Of a DNA stretch of 37,504 bases, positions 24,989-34,765 are shown piece after piece. How positions within the stretch are numbered: the stretch's first letter is position 1; every line of letters begins with the position of its first letter. The stretch is from NCBI GenBank assembly GCA_943704425.1, contig CALSCP010001392.1, positions 1 to 37,504 on the forward strand, given 5' to 3'. The stretch is from Ministeria vibrans ATCC 50519. Its lineage: Eukaryota > Protista > Filasterea. The notes beneath the pieces were generated by a model. It was not told the origin of the DNA, did not search any database, and saw only the letters and a program-made list of their open reading frames with translations. A program made the translations under genes and the position numbers.

Positions 24989-27900
24989 ATGGCGCTCCAC
25001 AGAGCCGTTGCTCGAGGTGACGTTTCCGCGACTGAAGAGCTGCTCAAAGAGGACATGTCTCTTGTCGATGCCCGCGGCTACTATGGCGAGTCCGCTCTCC
25101 ACGGTATGGCGGTGCACGGACGGCAATGGCATTGTCGCCCGGCTCACAATTTCCACTTTTCAAGCGCCCTTTCCTCTCCCACGCTCACTGCCGCCTGCCA
25201 CACTCCTCCCTTGCCGCCAATCCGTTTCATTTGCCATCCAGCTGGCTCTTCCATGCTCTCTCTTCCCACCTCGCCTCCCCCTTTTTTCTCCTTTTTCTCC
25301 ATACAATCTTTCTTTTTCTTTCCACCATGACACTTTTGCCCTGTCTCCGTCCTGTCCTTCCCTGCCCGTCCCAACGCAGCCAGCCCGTCTTTCCCGCGTG
25401 CCTTTGCATCCCCTGTGCCTCGAATGAGCTCCAGGCCCCTCGCGCGCTGCTTTTTGCTTGCCAGATGGTTTTGCGTCTGATGCTGTGTGTACTTGTGTGT
25501 CTATAGCGGCGTGCCTCAATGGACACCCAGAGTGTATTCAAGTGCTGATGCGCGGCGGTGCCGATGTCCAGAGCGAGAACAACTTTGGCTTGTACCCTAT
25601 CCACTATGCGGTCGTGTCGGGGCACCTGGTGTGCGTCCGCATGATGATTGAAGAGTTTGGAGCCCTTCCATCCGTGTGTGTCAACAAACCCAACACTGTG
25701 CTGCACTCGGCAGCCGAAAGTGGTCAGGAGGAAATTGTCCAGTACCTTGTCGAAGAGTTGGAAATGGAACTCGACGTCCCCTCCGAGTCGGGTCTCGACG
25801 CCGTCGAGCTGGCATCCCAACACGGTCACACCGACTTGGTGGCCTACTTCAAACAGCTCCAAAAAACTCGTGGTACTTAGATATTAAAATCTTATTATAA
25901 TGAATTCGTTGGGTTTATGCATATCTTATCGCTCTCTGTCTTTTGTAGAGCATCGAAGAAAAACCGATTCCCGGCGCCCTAGTGCCAACGAAGGTACAAT
26001 TAGTTTTTTCTCCTTTCTTTCCCTCTATCCATTTATTTCTTTCTTCCTTCTTTCTCTATATCTATTTGTTTTCTCTCTCTATTTATTTATTTATTTCTTC
26101 CTTCTTTTATTTGTTGCTTTCTCCCTTCTTTCTCTCTCTCTCTAATTTATCTCTTTCTTCCTCCTCTCACTCTCAATACCTTTCTTCTCTATTTGTAATG
26201 CAGACGCTCATCCGCCTTCCAGGGACCACAACGACGACACAGATCTCAAGTGGTCCATCTCGCCTGCCCCTGATTTAGACCGATCACTACAACCACGTAA
26301 TTACAAAAAGAACTTACTCGTCCTTGCCACTCATCTTGTTTGCTTCCTTTTTTTTTCTTTCTCCCTCTTCTCTCTTCGTGGGATAGTAATGCTGAGTCAA
26401 ATGGCAGAGCAGCTCGTGGAACAACAGTGGGAGCTTGATTTTGCCTTGGACCAGGTGCGCGAGATGTCGGTAGCGCCACACGGTGGCTCGGGCGTCGACC
26501 CACTGGTCTTTGCAGCCCATGCGGCTGAGGGTACGCTCAATCGCGCGCAGGACGCCATTCGCGAAGCCAACTCGACGGTCGCTGATGACTTTGAGAATGT
26601 ATTGGCTCATCTTGTGAAGCAGCGCAATGTCGCACGGCAGCTCTATGAGACAGCTGCGCGTACGCTCCTGGCGAAGGCTGCCGAGCAGTTGGACGCGCGC
26701 GAACGAGAGCTGCGCAACGCTTTGCTTTTGTTGGAGGATGCACTGGAGAAGGTCGTCATGACACCATCTGAGATTGTCCTGCGCGAACCCCTCCAGTGGC
26801 TGCTGCAGACAACACGAAAGGACGACGTTGGTGGCGGCAGTAGTGGGGTTGGTATGGATGATTGCGGAGAGCTGGCGACAACGTCGCCGAATGGCAGGTG
26901 TGATGGTATGATTGGCAATGCCGATGCAATGCGGCCCCGCTTGCCACCGCCTGTGTCTCCCATCGACATTGACGCTGTCACACAGTCGCTTGAGCGCCTT
27001 GGCGACTTCAATTCCGCGTCGCCCGCAGCTGCATCCGCCGGTCCTGTACTTGAACGTCTGTACACCACGGCGTACGCGACTGGGCTGGCGCTCCGTGACG
27101 ATTTGGTTCAGTTGACGTATGCGCGCGCGGCCATCCATCGACACCAAAGGCTCATGGCCTACCTCGACGAGTGGCAGGTGTCGCCAGATTTTCACCACAT
27201 CAAGCTGATGCAGACCGAAGTGGCTCGGCTCAACGATCTTGTCCTAGTCCAGTCAGAAGAGTTCAATCAGACACGCTTGCGTGTATCGCACCTTATTGAA
27301 AGCAAGGCGCGCAGCAAGGCGAAGCATTCGGGCAAGGGCGCAGGGGGAGCACTCCTCAAGCGCAAGAGCTTTGTCGAGCAAGACATGGCACGCCTCAAGG
27401 CTGAGAACGAGTTGGAGGATCGTTTGACGCATTTGCAAGCGCTTCGCGCGCAGATGCACGCTGGTGCTCAGGTGATGCACGATGCACTGGGTGATCTCGC
27501 GTGCGTCGCGCAAAATGTCTTCCCGGAGCTTCTGCACGACGCCGAGTTTGGCAGTTTGCTTGTCAGCTGGCTTGAGCACGACGGCCTTGTCACCATTGGC
27601 CGTTCTCTCGATGACTTTGACCAAGTCGATCTGAGACGACCCTTGTCGGGCGCCGCCAGTCGTTTCCGTCCCACCTTTTCTGGCTTTTTTGCCGGCGAGC
27701 CATGCTTTCTGCGTCGTCTAATCATGGCCGATGCGCGCTCACAGCGTCTTGTTGCCAGTCAGGTGGCCGAGATGCGCAAACTGGGCCAACACCCTAACAT
27801 CAACGTGACACAGGCACTCGTGCATCCGTCGATCCTGTCGCCGGGGCAAGATGCCTCTTCGCTCGCCGGTGGACGGGTTCTCTACTTTCAGGTGGACCGT

Positions 27901-30115
27901 CCCATGGGCGGCACACTGCGCGAGTGGCGTCTGCGCAACCGCTCTCCACCGGCAGGTGTCTTGCCCGAAATTGCCACGCGACTCTTGCAGGCACTTGAGT
28001 ATCTCCATGTGGTGGGCGTGCCCCACGGCGACCTGTGCCCGGACACGGTGTGGATGACGCGGGCAGGCGAACCCATCATTGGCGACTATGACCTTGGCAA
28101 TGATCAGCGCGGTCGCGTGCGTCACTTGCAGCAAAGCTGTACCACCAACTCATACATGTCGTGCTTTGTCGCTCCCGAGTTGCTCTACGGCGGCTCTCAG
28201 GCGCTGCCCACCCACGCGTCGGACATGTACTCGTTTGGCGCGACTCTGTACTGGCTCGTCTTCACGCGCAACCCGCCCACACCCACCTCGAAAATGATGC
28301 GCCAGAGCCGCAACAGTAACTCGAGTGATTGGAATACAACAGTGAGTCCGAGTCGCGCTGGCACCTCGGGATTGTCGTCGCTTGCGACCTTTTTTGGTCT
28401 CAAGGGTACAACGCCACTGCAACAGGCGCTGCTTATGATGCTTCACCTCGACCCATGGACGCGACTCGCTGCCTCACAGGCATTGCTCCAACCGGTGTTT
28501 GCGCCCGCTCTCAACGCCCGACCGCAAATCAAAGTGTGGCGTGTGGCCAAGGACCGAGTAACAGAGGCGCGCGAGAAGCAGCAGTCGCTTCGCCGAATGC
28601 GAGAACAGCTGCTTGGCGAAGTGCGCTTGATTGGGGTCGAAATTCAGCACTTGCACAACGCAGTGACGGTGAACCAGGAATCGCTACAAAAGCTCAATGA
28701 GCGACGCGAGGTCCTTGCCGAGCAGCTTAAGGACGTGCGCTACCGCGAGGCCAATGTGCAAGCGGAGCTGGCCGATGTTGCGCGCAAGTTTCGCGAGGCA
28801 CGTGCCACCCTCTCCGACGGCCTTCTCATCACTCTGCCACCTATCTACTGGTGTGGACGGGTCCTTTCCATGGCCGGCTTTGTACGGCGTGTCGATGTCA
28901 CTAGTACACTCAAACCAGCAGTAAGAGAACGAATGAGAGAGAGAGAAAAAAACAAAGGAGGGAGAAAGGAACAAAGTGATAGAGCAAGAGAGAGAGGAAA
29001 CAAAGTGATAGATAGTGAGAGGGAGAGGAGGGAAAAAGAAACAAAGTGATAGAGCGAGAGAGAAGAAATGGCGACTGACCTTCTTTTGGTTGCTGTTGTT
29101 ATAGATGGAATGGGTGATGAATCGAGGCAAATCGACGGTGGGGAGGGGTAGTCGCAAGATTACGGTGGTGCGAGTGGAGCGCATTGAGAATGCATTGTTG
29201 TGGCGCGACTATGCGACTCGACGAGGAGTTATTGTACGCTCACTAGGCACCATCAAGACCAACGAAATGAACCTTGCGCCAGCGGCGCCGTCGAGTCAAC
29301 CGCACCACACGCCCTTGCCGCCACTGCGTGAACACGCTCAAGGCTCTGAGACACCCTTGTCATGGGGCGTTGTGTCGCGTCGTCCGCGCGCTTCCAGCAA
29401 CTCCTCGGTCAACAGTGCTTCGTCAAGTGTCGCATGGGCTCAGGCGTCGTCGGGCTCGGTCACAAGCAACACCCTCGCAACACCCTCGCCCTCGCCCTCC
29501 GTATCATCGTTCAGCGCGACATCGGCTCAGGACAGCAACGGTGTAGCGTCGGTGCCGCGTCGTCTACCCATTCGACCCGCACTGGCGACTCAGCCACTGG
29601 CGACTCACGAGACCCTTGGTATGTCGATGTTGCAAGAGATGGAGGCCGAAGAGCACTTTTTGTTCCATTGCATCACTGGTCGCGACAGCCTTGACAATGT
29701 CATGCACGGCGGTCTATGTCCTCGAAAAATGTTTGAGAACGAAGGCGGTGGTGTGTCGACCGGCAGTGAGCGGTCGCTGGGCAGTGGTATCTACTTTAGT
29801 GAGAGTGTGGAGCTCGACGATGATAACAGCACGGCTGCAGAGCGACGCAACGACGACGACGATGACGACGACGAAGCGACCACATCCAATGTGGTGCTGG
29901 TATCGCGAGTAGTGCTTGGGTGCACGTTTGCCACAGAGGGCGACCATCCACAGCTGCACCGCCCGCCCTGCATGCAAGGGCACACACACACCCCGTGCCA
30001 TCACTCGCGCTTTCACTCGGTCATTGGTCTGCCCAACGACTCGCGCTCCAATCGCCAGTTTGTTGTGTACGAGCGCACTCAGGCCTATCCGGAATACGCT
30101 GTCTATTTTGAGTAA
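24989..30115 (+). CDS. Ankyrin-repeat / coiled-coil / protein-kinase-like / coiled-coil / tankyrase-like PARP catalytic domain fusion protein, 6 exons
   Basis: Exons at approximately 24989-25103, 25507-25872, 25949-25993, 26203-26296, 26387-28920 and 29105-30115 join through GT-AG introns with no frameshift or stop. ANK motifs: GESALH, GLYPIHYA, NTVLHSAA. Kinase motifs: HPNI, LEYLH..HGDLCPDTV, IGDYD, APE, SDMYSFG. PARP motifs: ERIEN..LW..Y, LFH, GSGIYFS, HSVIG, QAYPEY. Confidence 0.8.
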
Positions 30116-30314
30116 CACGTTTGATTGTATTCTAAACAATAATTATTATGATTTTATTAAAGACGTCGGAAGAAATAAAGTAAAAACGTCGAATCAAGAT
30201 CTGCACTCAATGCCAGACCAAGACAGTATCAAAACAAAAAGCAACACAATACTTACACCGTAGACTTCTACACGAGAATCTCCCATACTTTGACGTGATT
30301 TTGACTAGGGAGTC

Positions 30315-30424
30315 TAATAAAGTGAAAGTATAAAAGACATCATAATAATTATTGTTAATAAAGTGAAAGTATAAAAGACATCATATTAATTATTATTAAT
30401 AAAGTGAAAGTAAAAGACATCATA

Positions 30425-30435
<11 letters not shown>
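30315..30435. repeat. 41-bp AT-rich tandem repeat, about 3 copies, intergenic
   Basis: TAATAAAGTGAAAGTATAAAAGACATCATAATAATTATTGT-like units start at 30315, 30356 and 30397. Confidence 0.85.
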
Positions 30436-30457
<22 letters not shown>

Positions 30458-30502
30458 TTATTAGTATTAGTCGAAACTGAGTGAATTATTAGTTCATTAT
30501 TA

Positions 30503-30723
30503 TATCGCTCCCCACCGACTGATCGTTCTATTTTCGCGTCTCCTCATCGATTCGCCCCGAGTTTACTCGTTAGACAGCTGTTACAGCTTGTCAGAGCCCT
30601 AAGCCTCCTCTGGGGGTATGGCGTACCATTGCGATTACCTCACTGGATAGCGATTGCACTTGTGCTTTTGTTGTAGATCTGGTGACTGTAATGAATAAAT
30701 GGGTTGTATTCTTCTTCTCTTTC
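30503..30723 (+). mobile_element. Short non-LTR retroelement copy B (SINE-like, 221 bp)
   Basis: Flanked by the exact 13-bp direct repeat TAGTTCATTATTA (30490-30502 and 30724-30736). AATAAA plus a TTC-type tail. Homologous to 15681-15782 and to 37162-37323 (reverse). Confidence 0.85.
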
Positions 30724-30796
30724 TAGTTCATTATTAGTGAAAGCTGAAAACTGGAAACTCCAATAATTACTTTTCTTGTATTTGCATTGCTCGGCC

Positions 30797-33626
30797 ATGA
30801 TCCATGTGTGCTTGGTCCTCGCTTGGGTGCTGGGCGCTGTGAGTGGGGCTCAACCCAACGGTATGAACTTGCAAGAACCATATGCTTCCCAGCGTCGTCT
30901 GCCACGCGTGCACGCTTCCCGGGTGATTAGCCACTGGGGCCCTTTGTCCAATGAGGCCCCTGGCTAGCGCGCTTGTTCACTCAAACCCACTGTTTTAGCG
31001 GTGTTTCGTGTTTTCTTCCTTCGTCTCTCACTCTCCTGCGCCTTTCGTTCCCTCCAGTGGCACTTACGCCAAATGTACCGACGGTGCTTAACCTGGACGT
31101 CGCGCTCGGCGCGCATCCACTGAAGCTGTCGGTGGACACGACGGGACTGGGAAATGTGCTGTGGGTTCAGTTCGCCTTCCACACGCTCTTCCTGCCCGTC
31201 ACCGGCTGTGCCTCGCTCACCAATGCGGCTCCGTCGCCCACTTCTGGTACTGCGATGGAAGGATTGCGGAAAAAAGACAACCCGTGAAGGGTTTTGCGAC
31301 TGTGAATTGTGTGACTCATATTGTGTGTGTGTTGTGGTGATAGGCGACGATTGTCAGACATCCTCCAACGGTGCGCAGATCCTCGTGTATCCCTCTGCTG
31401 CGTCACACACAGGTTTCTTGGCCCTCAATGCCACTTATGCGATGCAAGCCACTTTGAAAGTGCAAGTTGTTGCCACATACGGACTCGAAACACGTAAAAG
31501 ACAGTATAATATTATTATTATTATTAGTATGTATATTTCGTGACAAAAAGCGACATTGTGTCTGTAGAACCCGTTCCCGGCGCATGCGCCACAACGGGCC
31601 CCTACGCGGTTGATTCCACGCTGTTCCTCGAATGGAAACCGGCATCGCTCATCACACAGCTCTTCTTCTACGACGCCAACGCCGGCTACGCTTACACAAC
31701 CCCTCCCATCTGCAACCTTTCCCCACTCCTCTCCTACACTCTCTATCAATACGATCTCCCCGAGGGCGACTTCAAGGAGTCTACTCTCTTCTCTGCTCTT
31801 GCCGACATGGTCACTCCATCGCAAATTCGCGCAAAAGCCACGCAGGTTATTCCCCCAAACCGCCCGCACCCCCCTCACACACGAATAATAATAATATTTT
31901 TCTTTTTCCAAACAGATATCGGAGATCACATCGACAGACAGCAAAGAGATTCCGGTGGATTCGCAGTCGCGTCTGGGAGTGGTATACGCCGTGATTGTAA
32001 GTGACTCGCAGAGTGCGACCGAGTCGGTCTATCCGCTCGCTGCAACCTTTGCCTGTTCTTTTCTCGAAGAGAATACGGAAAATTCCTGTTTGGAGGAAAA
32101 AGGTCCAAAAAAAAAAGCCAATATGATATTCGGTTCTTATTGTGTATGTGTGTGGGTTTAGACACTCCGGGAGACCTTGCGACTGTGATTGTTGCGCTTC
32201 TTTTGGGGTTGTTTTTGGCTATTTTTGGACTCAGGCTATACGTTCCAAGTCAGAACAATCATTATTAATCAATGGATTGCCATTGTGCACCAAATTAACG
32301 GCTTGTTTTATAGCTGTGTATTTGTCTGCGGTGCTTTTGATCGGCTTTTCCGTTCTGATAGCATTTGATGCAACGAGTGTCTACAGTCAGCTGTCGTATG
32401 CCGGTTCGAAATAACATCAAACCAACAGAACTCATGTCGATACTACTAATATTATTGCAATTGTAGTGCGCACGACGATTGAGGTACTGTGTGGGATTGT
32501 GGGAGGTGCTTTGGCACTACTGCTCTGGCAAAAGACAATGGAACATGTTGGTCAGATTTGGCCTAACTTGGGTTTCGTACGATGCAAAAAAAATACGGGT
32601 CATTTTTTCGACCAATCAATTATCCTCCGTTTAGGGGTTTATCGTTTCAATGGTTCTATTTGCGACTCCGTTTGGAGCACTCACAGTGTTTCAGAACAAC
32701 TTTAACTGGGGAGTCACCTTTGCGTCGGTTACAATTGCCTGTGCTTTTGTCTTTCTCTTTTGGCGCAAACTCGTAAAAAAAAAAAATACTAAAAAGTTAA
32801 CTGTATTGATTTTATGTGTATGTGTGTGTGTGTTTTAGAGCACGTGTTTGTTTAGTTCGTTGTGGGGCGCATTTGGCATATTCCTTTGTAACACCCACAC
32901 ACAGAATAATAATTCTACTAATTATTATTGATGTGACACTCTGACTAATAGTAGAATTTCTTATGCTGTTGTAGTTATTGATCATTTTGTGGCGTCCAAC
33001 TTTTCGTATATGATTGTGGATGTGGTAAAACGGGCGTCTGACCATTCGTTTGCTGCGGGTTACTTGGGACTGCAGTTTACGCCTAGAGGTAACAACCAGA
33101 GAGTGTTGAAGTGAGTGAGCCCCAACGTGACACTCAATGTCACACATACACACATCCGACGAATGACCGAGAGTGTGCCTCTCATACGGCACACGCACAC
33201 ACTCATTTCTCTCTGTCTTTATCTCTCTCTTATCTGCACTTTCGGACTTGTCTCGTTCCCCAGACATTGCAATGTGGGTTTCGTGGGCTGTCACTGCTCT
33301 TCTCTCCTTTCTTCTTCAGTGGTATTTTGTCGCAAAAAATGTCAAAGAATTGCCCTGTCGGCCCTTTGGCAAAGACCGCTTTGCAACTGTCTACGATCGA
33401 AGGTACACAATACTTCTCTGCACATACGCCTGTGGGTGTCTGTCTGTCTCTTACTCATTTTGCTCCCTTCAGAGCCCGAATGCGCCACTTGTACCACATC
33501 ACATCCCAACCCGACGACTACATCCACTCGCTGCCCGACCCCGCCGACGAAGAGTACCCAGACTCATCGCATCCCTTTATCAACTCCAACGAACAGAGAC
33601 ATCCTCTGTTGCAAAATGACGATTGA
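30797..33626 (+). CDS. TM7SF3: TM7SF3-like multi-pass membrane protein, multi-exon
   Basis: Signal peptide MIHVCLVLAWVLGAVSG. Ectodomain blocks PVPGAC, YTLYQYDLPEGDF..LADMVTPSQIRAKA and GVVYAVIVSD..SVYPLAATFACSF recall TM7SF3. Several hydrophobic TM exons follow, then a C-terminal E..PLL dileucine-like motif and TGA ending at 33626. Confidence 0.8.
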
Positions 33627-33863
33627 TTGTATGAAAAAAAGAATGAAAAAAGTTGTTCGACAAACACTTATGTCAACCCAAAAGCGAAAAGAACAAAGAC
33701 GTCCTTAAATGAATACCCCCTTTGCAGCAATGTACGACAAGTGATTGTATGAAGAAAAAAAATGAACACAAAATTTGCACTCAAAACACACAAAAGTGAA
33801 AAGTTATAATTATAATATATATATTACGCCGCCCTTCGACCCCCTGCGTCAGCCTCAACGGGA

Positions 33864-33946
33864 TTACGACTGCGCCGCTCTCTCGGCCGCGTCGCGTGCG
33901 TCTAATCGATCTACAGAGACACTCAGAGCCACACAAACACGAAAGA

Positions 33947-33994
<48 letters not shown>

Positions 33995-34420
33995 CTCTCT
34001 CTTACCTGAACACCAAGTGAAAGCCCTTCCAATCGAGAATCCCGACGCTAAGATGGTCGCCCAAATGAAGATACTGGTGCGCCCCCGCTTGAGCTCAGGA
34101 ACTGCGCAACGAGACAAAAAAACGAACCAGTCAGAAAAAAAAAAAAAAAAAAAAANNNNNNNNNAAAAAAAAAAGAAGAAAAAAGAAAAAAAAAGAATAT
34201 TACCTGCGGCAAGACAGATGGCGGAGGTGAGAGGAGGAGGGATGAGGAAGGTGGCCCACTCGGTGGCGTTCATCTCGTGGAACATCTCCGCCAAAGTGCG
34301 CTCTTTCTCTCTTTTGACTCCTGTGAAGTTCTTCGTGCGCCGCTTGCGCTCGTTGTCCGCCTCAAGCGATGCCTCCACGGCCTTGACCCAGCCTGCTCTT
34401 CGTTCGTCTTGCGAAGTCAT
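33864..34420 (-). CDS. Small (~120 aa) hypothetical protein with two hydrophobic segments, 3 exons
   Basis: MTSQDERRAGW...ICLAA / VPELKRGRTSIFIWATILASGFSIGRAFTWCS / DRLDARDAAERAAQS*, joined by in-phase GT-AG introns. No family recognised. Confidence 0.65.
34156..34164. other. Assembly gap (9 N) inside a poly-A tract
   Basis: N run within a homopolymer in an intron. Confidence 0.99.
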
Positions 34421-34765
34421 GTTTCAAAATAATTATTAAATTATTTTTGAAAATATTTTTTATTTTTCCATTATTATTATATTATTTTTGTATTTCACAC
34501 AGTTTTTGTGTGTGTATGGACATTGGGCTGAATCTTCATTTATTCCACAATTATGTACTTCACAAGTCACAGCAACTCAAATCTCGGCAAAAAGATATAT
34601 TTAATGAAGAAAAAGAAGACATTTCGAATATTTATTATCAAATTTTATAATAAATTTGCTCATAAATTGCTCTGAATGTTGAATGATGATCAATTTGATG
34701 TCTTTTCGCTCTCTCTCCCTCCCTCTCTTCGCCTGATCATTCTGTCAGTACTCAGGTCTCAGTAG

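Noticed and set aside
24989-30115. Calling the fusion a tankyrase orthologue
   Set aside because: It has only about 4-5 ankyrin repeats, no SAM domain, an inserted kinase fold and no catalytic Glu.
30550-30625. Possible HDV-like or hammerhead ribozyme in the retroelement (AGCCTCCTC, GGCGAAT and CTGA fragments)
   Set aside because: The motif fragments fall on opposite strands, are not conserved in copy C, and the required pairings could not be built.
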